From: an uncultured Acidobacteriota bacterium
Lineage (GTDB): Bacteria; Acidobacteriota; Vicinamibacteria; Fen-336
NCBI GenBank assembly: GCA_963720545.1
Contig: OY970399.1
Location: forward strand, 3,808,001 to 3,872,000
Direction: 5' to 3'
Length of the DNA: 64,000 nucleotides
Shown here: in pieces, positions 31,293 to 40,772 of the stretch
Position numbering within the stretch: the stretch's first letter is position 1
Layout of the letters: every line of letters starts with the position of its first letter
The notes under the pieces: model-generated
Databases searched by the model: none
What the model saw: the letters and a program-made list of their open reading frames with translations, nothing else
What the model was told of the DNA's origin: nothing
Program-made: the position numbers and the translations under genes

Positions 31293-31359
31293 CAACCCAT
31301 CATATGACCGGCTTTCAACCGGTTCAGTTCAGAACGTCTGGGTCGGCGGCCAGACGACC

Positions 31360-31734
31360 CTAACGGGTGGATTCGACCGCGGCGACGATCTCGTCGACGA
31401 CGCCGAGCCAGCGCGCGAGTTCGTCGGCCGTCGGCGCCAGTTCGTAGGGATGATGGTGGCAGGCGCGGCTGAGAGCGGACCACGCGTGGCTGGTCTGCGC
31501 GGCCAGGTCCCGATCGCCAAGCCGCCGGCGCAGGTAGATGAGCTGGACACGCATCGGACAGCGGCGCAGGTCGAGGTCACGGCGCCGCCACATGTCGCCG
31601 ACGGTCGCCTCCAGGGCACGGCGACCGAGAAGTGCCGACGTGCGCGGCCACAGGCCGATCGCCTCGGCATCGTCGCGTTCCAGGAACTCCCGTGCCGCCG
31701 TGAGCAACGCCCGCGGCTCACGCGCCGCGCTCAT
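31360..31734 (-). CDS. Small helical HEPN-like protein
   Basis: 124 aa; N-terminal LLGRRALE helix and an Rx4H motif in LSRACHHH; start overlaps the ATPase stop (ATGA). Confidence 0.6.
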   Translation of the reverse strand: MSAAREPRALLTAAREFLERDDAEAIGLWPRTSALLGRRALEATVGDMWRRRDLDLRRCPMRVQLIYLRRRLGDRDLAAQTSHAWSALSRACHHHPYELAPTADELARWLGVVDEIVAAVESTR

Positions 31735-34190
31735 GCCGTGCCTCGCAACCAGGCGGCGAGCTTGCTGGTGAGACGAACGAGTTCCAGGGCCTGCCCGGCG
31801 GGGATGTCAACGTCGGCCTCGGCCTCGCAGCGCTCGTAAGCCACCGCGTGCTGCGCCGACGTACCGTCCCGCACGTGCTGCAAGACGTCCTGGCCACGCT
31901 CGGCATCGTCGAACAAGGCGAGGGCGGCGAGCCGGCGCAGCTCGCCTGCGTCGCTCAACGAGCGCTCCACTTCGGCGTGGGCTTCGCCGCGCGACAAGCG
32001 GCGGCGGCGCACCACTTCCATGCAGGCAGCTTCCAGCGCGAGCCGGCACAGGCCAGGAACCACCTCCGCCGCGGCCGTCGCCGGCAGCTCTGCGGTGCCG
32101 GCCACGGCCAACGCATCCTCAAGATAACGACCGACTGGGTCGAGACAGCGCCGCGTCTCGACCAGTGAGCGATCGCGGCGCGTCACCTCGATGATGTCGG
32201 CGGCGATGTCGAGACGGCGCACGGCTTCGGGCAACCGGTCGTCGTGGGTGAAGACCAGCACCTGGCGGTCGGCGGAGGCGCTCTCGAGCACGCGGGCCAG
32301 ACCGTCCACGCGCGCCGGATCCATGGACTGCACCGGGTCGTCGATGACGATGAAACGGAATGGGCTCTCGGGCAGCGTGGCGCGCGGTACGAAGAGACTG
32401 AGCGCCAGCGAGTGCAGCTCGCCCTGGCTCATCACGCCAAGCGCCGCGCCGGGGACGCCGTCCACCGTGACGTCGAGGACCACCCGCCGCCTGGTGCCAT
32501 CGCCGGTCAGTTGAATGCGGCCAAGCTCGACGTGGCTCTGCTGCCGAAGGTGAGCCCAATGGCCGGCGGCCCGATCGGCGATGGGTCCGAAGCGATCGTC
32601 GCGGATGCCGGCGGCGGCTTTCTTGAGCCACGTCTCCGCGGGCTTGAGCCGGTCGAGATCCGCCTTGCCGCGCGTCGCGTCCACCGCTTGCGCGAGCCAG
32701 CCCGAGACGAGCAACGCCACCGGCCGCCAGGCATCTTCGCGGCGGCCCAGCTCCTTCCGCGCCTCGTCGCGCAGCTTGACCAGGGCATCCGCCAACGGCT
32801 CTCGAGCCTGCTCGACGTGTTTCGCCAGGCGTTCCAGGTCGGTGATCGCCGCGCCCTCGTTCCAAACACCGAGCGCGGCGACGAACGCTGTGAGGTCGAA
32901 GCCGATTTCGATGGCCCGCTGCAGGGGCTCCGGCTTCAGAACGACGAGCCCCTCCCAGAGTCGGCGCGCCGACGCAGCGCGTTCGTGTGCCGCATCCGCC
33001 ACCACCGCGGCGCCGCGCAGCTTGCCCACCGAGCCTTGCTGCTTCTTTGCCCAGGCGCGGTCGAGGGCCTTCTTCTCGCCGCAGACCGGGCAGTCGCCGT
33101 CGCCGTGCGCCGCATGGAACGCGAGCGCCAGCTCCAGGATTTGCGCGGCATCGCGCGAACGCGCCGCCTCGGTGCGCGCGGCCGCCTTCAGGTCGGCGGC
33201 GGCGGCGCGCATCTCGGCCACCGCCGTCGCGACATGCGCCGGATCGGGCGGCTCGAGGCTGGCGATCATCAGGAAGGTATCGGTGGGTGCCGTACCCCCG
33301 CCCGTGGCAGGTGCGCCGGCGAGGATGTCGCCGACGGCGGCGAGATCCCACTCCTTGCCCTCGATTGCGCCGACGACCCGCCGCGCGCGGTCGTCGTTCA
33401 CGGCGCGCAACGCTTCGAGCAGCGGCACCCGCGCGTCCATCACGTCTTTCAGCGCCTTCTCGCGCTCGCGCCGGGCGTCCTGGAATGCCCCTTGCGCCTG
33501 CACGAGTTCCTCGAGGCCGAGGATTGCGGAAAGCGCGTCGTAGAGCTTCGACGGGCCCTCGTCGAGGAGCGAACCGAGTTCGTTGTAGGAGAGGAATGGC
33601 CGGTGCGTTCTCAGCGCCGAGGTCCAGCCGAGGGAATCGAGGTCGGAGACACCGCTGCCGTTGAGCTCGACGGCCACCGCCGCGACATTGGCGCTGAACT
33701 CGGCGCCGTCCTCCCAGCGGCGGGCCACCACGCAAGGAGCCGCCGCGCCTTCGATCACGAACACGCCCTGAACCAGCGCCGTCGGCTGGTGGAGGTTGCG
33801 CCAGCCGTCGCGCCAGACGGCAGCGCGTTCCTTCCAGCGCATGCTGTCGCCGGTGAGCAGCACCTCGAGGGCTTCGGCGAAGCTGGATTTCCCCGAGCCG
33901 TTGCGGCCGACGACCAGCGTCAGGCCCGGCCCCGGCGTCACCTCGAGGGTCTGCCGCGGACCGATACCGCGAAAGCCTTCGACCGTGATGGAGCGCAGGA
34001 ACGCGCCGCCGGCGGCCGCATGAGTCGGCGTGCCCTTGTCCGGCTTTGCCCCTGCGGCGTCGCCCTGCAGCTGCTCTTCGAGTTGCGGGCGCCCGGCGAG
34101 CGCCGCGAATACCAGCGGCGCCCAGGGCGCATCGCGCACCTCATCGGCGTCGAGTCGGGAGAGAACGATGCGCCGCAGCCCCGCGTCCAC
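31731..34190 (-). CDS. SMC/Rad50-like ABC ATPase with coiled coil, CxxC zinc hook and helical C-terminal extension
   Basis: ITVEGFRG, Walker A GRNGSGKS, CPVC hook, signature MSQGE, Walker B IVIDDPVQSMD, H-loop FTHD. Confidence 0.9.
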   Translation of the reverse strand: MDAGLRRIVLSRLDADEVRDAPWAPLVFAALAGRPQLEEQLQGDAAGAKPDKGTPTHAAAGGAFLRSITVEGFRGIGPRQTLEVTPGPGLTLVVGRNGSGKSSFAEALEVLLTGDSMRWKERAAVWRDGWRNLHQPTALVQGVFVIEGAAAPCVVARRWEDGAEFSANVAAVAVELNGSGVSDLDSLGWTSALRTHRPFLSYNELGSLLDEGPSKLYDALSAILGLEELVQAQGAFQDARREREKALKDVMDARVPLLEALRAVNDDRARRVVGAIEGKEWDLAAVGDILAGAPATGGGTAPTDTFLMIASLEPPDPAHVATAVAEMRAAAADLKAAARTEAARSRDAAQILELALAFHAAHGDGDCPVCGEKKALDRAWAKKQQGSVGKLRGAAVVADAAHERAASARRLWEGLVVLKPEPLQRAIEIGFDLTAFVAALGVWNEGAAITDLERLAKHVEQAREPLADALVKLRDEARKELGRREDAWRPVALLVSGWLAQAVDATRGKADLDRLKPAETWLKKAAAGIRDDRFGPIADRAAGHWAHLRQQSHVELGRIQLTGDGTRRRVVLDVTVDGVPGAALGVMSQGELHSLALSLFVPRATLPESPFRFIVIDDPVQSMDPARVDGLARVLESASADRQVLVFTHDDRLPEAVRRLDIAADIIEVTRRDRSLVETRRCLDPVGRYLEDALAVAGTAELPATAAAEVVPGLCRLALEAACMEVVRRRRLSRGEAHAEVERSLSDAGELRRLAALALFDDAERGQDVLQHVRDGTSAQHAVAYERCEAEADVDIPAGQALELVRLTSKLAAWLRGTA

Positions 34191-34553
34191 GAGCCAAGTG
34201 TAAGCGGTCTCTTGATGGGTGCCGGCGTGACTCTTGTTGATGCCCCAGGCGAGTGTCGGGCACGAGTTGTGCTACCCCATTCGTCAAGGCGGTGAGAATT
34301 AACGCCGGACAACAACTCGAAAATTCGCGGGCAGAGAATCCTTGGGCAGGTTCTGGGCTGCGGCTACGCTATGGCTGTAGCCGTTGAAGGGCTGAGTCAG
34401 CCCGCAGGTTTCATTTGGATTGGTAGCGGATTCGGTGCCTCCGAGTGAGCCCGACGCGTCAGTGTAACCGGCGATCGCCTGAGACGGTTGTCTGATGGTG
34501 CAGTGCGTCGTGTCGTTGGGAGCGCGCAGTTTGCAGCTTCGAAGGGAGGTGCT

Positions 34554-36719
34554 GTGGCTTTCTCGAGAGATGCTGGAAAGGACCGGCCGCTCTACGTCTG
34601 CATGCTGAGTCTGCACGGTTTGGTACGCGGCCGCGAACCTGAACTCGGTCGCGACGCGGACACCGGCGGTCAGGTCCTCTATGTGCTGGAGGAGACCCGG
34701 GCGCTGGCCGTGCTACCAGAGGTGTCGCGGGTCGATCTCGTGACCCGTTTGATCGAAGACTCAGCGGTCTCGCCAGACTACGCGGTCGAGCGCGAACCGC
34801 TCGTGCCGGGCGCCGAAATCGTCCGGCTGCGGTTCGGCCCACCGCGCTATCTGCGCAAGGAAGTGCTCTGGCCGCATCTCGACGTCGCCGTCGACCGCCT
34901 GCTTCAGTTCTTCCATCAACAGCGGCGAATCCCGGATCTGGTCCATGGTCACTATGCGGACGCGGGCTACGTGGCGCGCGAGCTGTCCCGGCTGCTGGGT
35001 GTGCCACAGATCCACACCAGCCACGCGCTCGGTCGGCTAAAGAGGTCGCGGCTGCTCGACACAGGCATGCGGCCCGACTCGATCGAACGGCAGTTCAACA
35101 TGGTGCGGCGAGTCGGGGTCGAAGAGGTCGTGCTGCGCGACAGCTCGCTCGTGGTCGTCGGTACGCGCAGCGAGTACGACGACCACGTGACCCACTACGA
35201 CAACGCCCGGCACGCGTCGCTGGTTCAGATTCCGCCAGGGACAGATACCGAACGTTTTCACCCGCCGCGCCGCGAGTGGCGGGCGCCGGCGATCCGCGCC
35301 GAGATCGACCGGTTTCTGACCAAGCCGGCGAAGCCGTTGATCCTTGCGATCTCGCGCCCCGCGAAGGGAAAGAACGTGGTCGGGCTGCTCGAGGCCTACG
35401 GCGGCAGCAAGGAGCTGCGCGACGCCTCGAACCTCGTCCTCATACTCGGCAGCCGGGACGACATCTCCGCTATGGAAGACAACCCGCGCGACGTCTTCAC
35501 CAGTCTTCTGCTCGCGATCGATCGCCTCGATCTCTACGGCAAGGTTTCCATGCCCAAACGGCACGGCACCGAAGACGTTCCCGAAATCTACCGGCTCGCC
35601 TTCAAGCGCCGCGGCGTGCTAGTCAACACGAGCACGTCAGAACTGTTCGGCCTGACGCTCATCGAAGCGGCGGCCTCGGGCCTGCCAGTCGTCGCCACCC
35701 GCCACGGCGGGCCGCCGGACATCGTCGCCAATTGCCGCAACGGCCTGTTGGTGGATCCTCACAATGCGGACGAAATCGTCGCGGCCCTTTTGCACGCCCT
35801 GCGCTCGCGGGACGACTGGAAGCGCTGGTCGGTCAACGGGATTCGCGGCGTCGCGCGCCACTACACGTGGCCCGCGCACGCGCAGCGCTACCTGCGCGAG
35901 GTGCGGCGCGTCCTGCGCCGCCACCGCAAGCGGCGGCGCCGCTGGCTGAACGATGTCGCCGCGCCCACCCGCTCACGCCTGCCGACGGTGGATCGGCTGC
36001 TGGTCGCAGATCTCGACGACACGCTGCTGGGCGATTCCGCCGGCCTGGGCGCCTTCGTAGACCATCTTGCCGCCAATCGTGTGGGCACGGCGTTCGGAAT
36101 CGCCACCGGTCGCGCACCCGGCTCGGCGATGCGCCTGATACGCGACCACGGCGTGCCGCCTCCAGACGTGCTGATCGCGGCTGTCGGCAGCGAGATCTAC
36201 TACGGACGTGAGCTTGCGAAGGACGAAGCCTGGGCTCGTCATATCCGAGCCGACTGGCGTCGAGAAGCAGTGGCGGTCGCGCTCGAAGAATTGCCGGGGA
36301 TGCGGTTGCAGCCGAAACAGAACCAGCGCGACTTGAAGCTCAGCTATACCGTGGATCCGCGGACGATGCCGACTCTTGTCGAGATTCGCCGGGCGCTGCG
36401 GCGCGCGGGCCTCAAGGCGACGATCATATTTTCCAGGGACCGCCACCTGGACTTTCTACCGCTCCGTGCCTCGAAGGGCCGCGCCATCCGATACTTGTCA
36501 TACCGCTGGGGTTTTCCGCTCGATCACATCCTCGTGGCTGGCGATTCGGGAAACGACGAGGAGATGTTGCGCGGCGACACGCTCGGCGTCGTGGTCGGAA
36601 ATCACAGCCCGGAGCTCGACCGGTTGCGCGGCGGCCATCAGGTGCTGTTTTCCAAAGGCTCCTACGCCTGGGGAATCCTGGAAGCGATCGATCACTACGA
36701 GTTCTTCCCGCCTGCATGA
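34554..36719 (+). CDS. Sucrose-phosphate synthase (GT4) fused to a HAD-IIB sucrose-phosphatase-like domain
   Basis: GGAGG RBS before the GTG at 34554. LHGLVRG..ELGRDADTGGQVLYV, HGHYADAG, FGLTLIEAAASG; HAD motifs DLDDTL, ATGR, AGDSGND. Confidence 0.9.
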   Translation: MAFSRDAGKDRPLYVCMLSLHGLVRGREPELGRDADTGGQVLYVLEETRALAVLPEVSRVDLVTRLIEDSAVSPDYAVEREPLVPGAEIVRLRFGPPRYLRKEVLWPHLDVAVDRLLQFFHQQRRIPDLVHGHYADAGYVARELSRLLGVPQIHTSHALGRLKRSRLLDTGMRPDSIERQFNMVRRVGVEEVVLRDSSLVVVGTRSEYDDHVTHYDNARHASLVQIPPGTDTERFHPPRREWRAPAIRAEIDRFLTKPAKPLILAISRPAKGKNVVGLLEAYGGSKELRDASNLVLILGSRDDISAMEDNPRDVFTSLLLAIDRLDLYGKVSMPKRHGTEDVPEIYRLAFKRRGVLVNTSTSELFGLTLIEAAASGLPVVATRHGGPPDIVANCRNGLLVDPHNADEIVAALLHALRSRDDWKRWSVNGIRGVARHYTWPAHAQRYLREVRRVLRRHRKRRRRWLNDVAAPTRSRLPTVDRLLVADLDDTLLGDSAGLGAFVDHLAANRVGTAFGIATGRAPGSAMRLIRDHGVPPPDVLIAAVGSEIYYGRELAKDEAWARHIRADWRREAVAVALEELPGMRLQPKQNQRDLKLSYTVDPRTMPTLVEIRRALRRAGLKATIIFSRDRHLDFLPLRASKGRAIRYLSYRWGFPLDHILVAGDSGNDEEMLRGDTLGVVVGNHSPELDRLRGGHQVLFSKGSYAWGILEAIDHYEFFPPA

Positions 36720-38215
36720 ACGTTCACCGTCGACTACGGCGTGAACCGTGGCGGCCACAATTCCATTTCACACCGCTGCGCAACTGGATGAACGACCCCA
36801 ACGGCTGCTTCCAGCACCAAGGGGTGTTCCATTTGTTTTACCAATACAGCGCCGAAGCACCGACCCATCGCGCGATCTCGTGGGGCCACGCGACCAGTTG
36901 GGACATGGTGCATTGGCGCCATTTGCCGGTAGCCATCCGCCGAACCACTTCTGACTGGGTCTATTCGGGCAATGCTTTGGTCGATCGCGAAAACCGAAGC
37001 GGCCTGCAGAAGGGCAACCAGCCGCCGTGCCTGGCATTTTTCACAAACAGCCGGCGCAGCCGCACGCGCGCGCAGCACCAGACCGTTGACCTGGCCTTCA
37101 GCACCGACGGCGGCTGGCACTGGCAGCGCTATGGAAGTAACCCGCTGGCCGATCCAGGCCGGCACGTCTTCGACGCACCCTATGTGTTTCGTTTTCCAGG
37201 CGATGGCGACTATCGAATGCTCGTCGGTGAGCGCCTTGGCGGGCTGACCGGACCGCCCGGTCGTTTCTCGATCTACCGGTCGAGGAACCTACTGCACTGG
37301 GAGCGTGTCGGCCAGATCGGCCCATTCGGGCGGCGCAGCGAGGTCTGGGAGGTACCTGTACTCGTGCCCATGCGGGTTGGCGGCCGCCGTCACTGGGTCC
37401 TGATCTGGAGCGTCGTCGATCGAACCCGCGCCGGTTGGACGGGCACACGCTATCTGGTCGGGGCCTTCGACGGCACACGTTTCGTTCCGCTGCACCATGA
37501 GGATAAGGGAAGGGTTTTCGACTTCGGCGCCGACGTCTATGCGCCGCTCGTGTGGTCGCATGTTGCCGGACCACCAATCGTGATTGCGTGGATGAGCGAC
37601 TGGAACTACGCCGCCCGTATCCCGACCACAGGCGCGTTCACCGGCGGCCCGCTGACCGTGCCGCGCGAGCTGCGACTGGTCAAGACTCGTTCGGGAACGA
37701 TGCTGTCACAAGCACCGATCCGGGCGTTGCGCGTCCTGCGCGGCCCCCGCTTGCGCGCCGTCAACTTGAGAATCGAGGCCGAACCAACCGCCCTGCCCGC
37801 GCCGCCAGCCGCGTTCGATTGCTTCGAGCTCGAGATCCGGTTTCGTAGTCGCGCCGCCCGGTTCGGAGTGTTGATTCACGGAGCACCTGGCGAGGTCACG
37901 GAACTCGGCTACGACACGCGAGCGCACATGCTCTACATTGACCGCACCCGTTCCGGCGTCGTTGGCTTCGCGCGCCGTTTCCCGACCGTTTTGAAAGCAC
38001 CCGTCGGTCCCGGCGAGGTGCCAGCGACGCTGCGCGTCTTCGTCGACCGGTCGTCGATCGAACTGTTTGGCGCGCGCGGAACGCGAGCGATCACGGCGCA
38101 GGTGTATCCACGGGGCGGCCATCGCCGTGTCGAACTGTTTGTCGAGGGCGGCCGCGCCACTGCCACATACTCGTTCTGGCCGCTGCGCTCGATCTGGCGC
38201 TCCTCCGAGTCCTAG
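36716..38215 (+). CDS. Glycoside hydrolase family 32 (invertase/levanase-like) with divergent motifs
   Basis: HFTPLRNWMNDPNG, HLFYQ, WGHATS, VFVDRSSIELF; coupled to the upstream gene (ATGA). Confidence 0.9.
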   Translation: MNVHRRLRREPWRPQFHFTPLRNWMNDPNGCFQHQGVFHLFYQYSAEAPTHRAISWGHATSWDMVHWRHLPVAIRRTTSDWVYSGNALVDRENRSGLQKGNQPPCLAFFTNSRRSRTRAQHQTVDLAFSTDGGWHWQRYGSNPLADPGRHVFDAPYVFRFPGDGDYRMLVGERLGGLTGPPGRFSIYRSRNLLHWERVGQIGPFGRRSEVWEVPVLVPMRVGGRRHWVLIWSVVDRTRAGWTGTRYLVGAFDGTRFVPLHHEDKGRVFDFGADVYAPLVWSHVAGPPIVIAWMSDWNYAARIPTTGAFTGGPLTVPRELRLVKTRSGTMLSQAPIRALRVLRGPRLRAVNLRIEAEPTALPAPPAAFDCFELEIRFRSRAARFGVLIHGAPGEVTELGYDTRAHMLYIDRTRSGVVGFARRFPTVLKAPVGPGEVPATLRVFVDRSSIELFGARGTRAITAQVYPRGGHRRVELFVEGGRATATYSFWPLRSIWRSSES

Positions 38216-38216
38216 G

Positions 38217-38241
38217 CATAGATATAGCGGGCATGTCTATG
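38217..38241. terminator. Possible hairpin between the convergent GH32 gene and tRNA-Phe
   Basis: CATAGATAT-N7-ATGTCTATG imperfect inverted repeat; no clear U-tract. Confidence 0.25.
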
Positions 38242-38275
38242 GTCGTCTAAGCCGGATGGGTTCATGAACTTGGAG

Positions 38276-38351
<76 letters not shown>

Positions 38352-38392
38352 GATGAACGGTGGCGGGAGCGGTATTGTAACCTACGCGACGC

Positions 38393-39067
38393 ATGAGCGA
38401 TGCCCGCGCGAGCATCGAAACACTAGGCGATTCGGCCCTGCTGGTGCGTTTTGGCAGCGCCGTCGATGCGGCGCTGAACGCGCGCGTGCATCGTCTCTCG
38501 CGGCGCTTGTCGAAGGCGCCGCCGCCGTGGGTGCGCGACATCGTGCCCGCGTACGCGACCCTCGCCGTCATCGTCGATTCCGCGGATCCACGACTGGGCA
38601 GCGAGCCGCTGCACCTCGTGCACGCGTGGCTTGCGAACTGGCTTGCCGAGACCGATGCGCGCATGCCGCTCGAGGCCGCAAAAGAGTTTTCGGTGGCGGT
38701 CCGATACGGCGGGGAGTTCGGGCCGGACCTCGAAGCCGCGGCTTTGGAACTCGGCATGACTCAGGAAGAAGTGATCGCGCGCCACGTCGCCGGGCAGTAC
38801 CGCGTGGCGATGATCGGCTTCTCGCCGGGGTTCCCGTTCCTGATGGGCCTCGATCCGGCGATCGCCCTGCCGCGCCTCGCGCAGCCACGGGTGCTGGTGC
38901 CCGGCGGCAGCGTCGGCATCGGCGGCGCGCAGACCGGCATCTATCCGCGCGACAGCCCGGGCGGTTGGCGAATCATCGGGCGCACGTCGCTGGTGCTGTT
39001 CGACGCTTCGCGCGAGCCGCCGGCGCTGCTGGCGCCCGGCGACGGCGTGCGGTTCGTGGCGGAATGA
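38393..39067 (+). CDS. pxpB: 5-oxoprolinase subunit B
   Basis: LGDSALLV, YGGEFGPDL, MIGFSPGFPFL, GIYPRDSPGGWRIIGRT. Confidence 0.92.
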   Translation: MSDARASIETLGDSALLVRFGSAVDAALNARVHRLSRRLSKAPPPWVRDIVPAYATLAVIVDSADPRLGSEPLHLVHAWLANWLAETDARMPLEAAKEFSVAVRYGGEFGPDLEAAALELGMTQEEVIARHVAGQYRVAMIGFSPGFPFLMGLDPAIALPRLAQPRVLVPGGSVGIGGAQTGIYPRDSPGGWRIIGRTSLVLFDASREPPALLAPGDGVRFVAE

Positions 39068-40029
39068 CGCTCACCATCGTCAAGCCGGGGATGCTGACGA
39101 CGGTGCAGGACCTCGGCCGTCATGGGTTTCGCCACTACGGTGTGCCTTCGGGAGGGGCCGTAGACGAGGTGTCGTTCGTGCTCGCTAACCTGCTGGTGGG
39201 CAACCCGCCCGGCGCCGCGGCCCTGGAGATGACGATGCTCGGGCCGACGGTGCGTTTCGATCGCCCGGTGCGTGTCGCGCTCTGCGGCGCTGACGCGGAC
39301 GCGGAAGTTGCTGGGGCGCGCCTGCCATGGTGGCGGCCGGTGGACCTGCCGCGCGGCGCGGAGATCAGGATCGGTGCCCTCGAGCGCGGCGCGCGCGCGT
39401 ACCTCGCGATCGACGGAGGCATAACGGTGAAGAGCGTGATGGGCAGCTCGGCCACCGACCTGCGGGGCGGCTTCGGCGGCGCGGACGGGCGCGCGTTGTC
39501 TGCCGGCGCGGAGCTTGCGCTTGGCGGAAGGCGGACGGATGTGGCCGCCGACCAGATGCAATCTGTGCCTTGGTACGTGGATCCGCGGCCCGACCTGGTC
39601 CTGGACGGGCCGATAGCGATCGGCGTGTTGAGCGCAGCGGACGAGCTTACGGAGCCCGACGCGCTGAACGCAGCAGAGTGGAACGTGTCGGTTGACAGCA
39701 ACCGCCAGGCGCTGCGGCTCGTCGGTCCGCCGCTCACGCTGCAGGTGCCCGGCGAGCGCGTCTCGGAACCGGTTGTTCCCGGTACCGTGCAGATGCCCCC
39801 GACCGGGCTGCCGATCGTCCTACTCGCCGACGCGCAGACCGTTGGCGGCTACCCGCGCATTGGCCACGTGCAGTCGACCGACCTGCCGCGCCTCGGGCAG
39901 GCGCGGCCCGGCGACGTGCTGCGGTTCCACCGTGTCGACGCGGCCGCGGCGGCCGCCGCCGCTTGCGAAAGGCGCGAGCGCCTTGCCCGACTGGCGGGGG
40001 CGATTGGTGAGCGACTCCTTGGAACCTAG
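39064..40029 (+). CDS. pxpC: 5-oxoprolinase subunit C
   Basis: ATG at 39064 (ATGA overlap). TTVQDLGR, ANLLVGN, DAQTVGGYPRI. Confidence 0.92.
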   Translation: MTLTIVKPGMLTTVQDLGRHGFRHYGVPSGGAVDEVSFVLANLLVGNPPGAAALEMTMLGPTVRFDRPVRVALCGADADAEVAGARLPWWRPVDLPRGAEIRIGALERGARAYLAIDGGITVKSVMGSSATDLRGGFGGADGRALSAGAELALGGRRTDVAADQMQSVPWYVDPRPDLVLDGPIAIGVLSAADELTEPDALNAAEWNVSVDSNRQALRLVGPPLTLQVPGERVSEPVVPGTVQMPPTGLPIVLLADAQTVGGYPRIGHVQSTDLPRLGQARPGDVLRFHRVDAAAAAAAACERRERLARLAGAIGERLLGT

Positions 40030-40771
40030 GGTCATCGACTTCAACTGCGACATGGGTGAAGGCTGCGGCGACGATGCGTCGCTTGTCCGCTGGATCAGCT
40101 CCGCGAGCATCGCCTGCGGCGGCCATGCTGGCGACGTCGAAACCATGCGCCGCACTGTGACCCTGTGCCGCGACGCGGGTGTTGCCGTGGGCGCGCATCC
40201 GTCGCTGCGCGACCGCGAAGGCTTTGGGCGTGCCGAGAAGCCCATCACCGCGGCGGAAGCGTTCGACCTGGTGGCGGAACAGACGGCGGACCTTGCTGCG
40301 ATCTGCCGTGTCGAGGGCGCGCCGCTGCGCCACGTCAAGCCACACGGCGCGCTCTACAACATGGCAGTGCGCCGCCCCGAGTTGGCCGAAGCCATCGCGC
40401 GCGCCGTGTACGCGGCGTCGCCGACGCTGCGGCTGTTCGGACTCTCCGGCAGCGCCATGACCGCAGCGGGTGAGGCGGCGGGGCTGCGCGTGTTGCACGA
40501 GGTGTTCGCCGAGCGGAGTTACGAAGCCGACGGTTCGCTGACGCCGCGCTCGCAGCCGGGCGCCGTCCTCGAGACGGTGGGCGAGGCGGTGGCGCAGGCG
40601 CTGCGGCTCGCAACCGAGGGTGCGGTCACGGCACGCACTGGGGAGCGAGTGGCGGTCCGCGCCGACACGCTGTGCCTGCACGGCGATCGACCCGATGCGC
40701 TCGGCTTCGCCATGGCCGTGCGTGCCGCACTGGAGCGCGCCGGGATACGAATCGCCGCCCCCGCGGCTTGA
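40007..40771 (+). CDS. pxpA: 5-oxoprolinase subunit A (LamB/YcsF family)
   Basis: IDFNCDMGEG, IACGGHAGD, GAHPS, HVKPHGALYN, TLCLHGD; start codon is approximate. Confidence 0.92.
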   Translation: MSDSLEPRVIDFNCDMGEGCGDDASLVRWISSASIACGGHAGDVETMRRTVTLCRDAGVAVGAHPSLRDREGFGRAEKPITAAEAFDLVAEQTADLAAICRVEGAPLRHVKPHGALYNMAVRRPELAEAIARAVYAASPTLRLFGLSGSAMTAAGEAAGLRVLHEVFAERSYEADGSLTPRSQPGAVLETVGEAVAQALRLATEGAVTARTGERVAVRADTLCLHGDRPDALGFAMAVRAALERAGIRIAAPAA

Positions 40772-40772
40772 A

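Noticed and set aside
31731..34190. Calling the ATPase sbcC, recN or smc
   Set aside because: No sbcD or scpAB neighbours, atypical MSQGE/DDP motifs and extra N- and C-terminal domains.
34299..34616. Minus-strand 105-aa ORF between the ATPase and SPS
   Set aside because: Overlaps the SPS start and has no recognisable motif; may be a remnant but cannot be supported.
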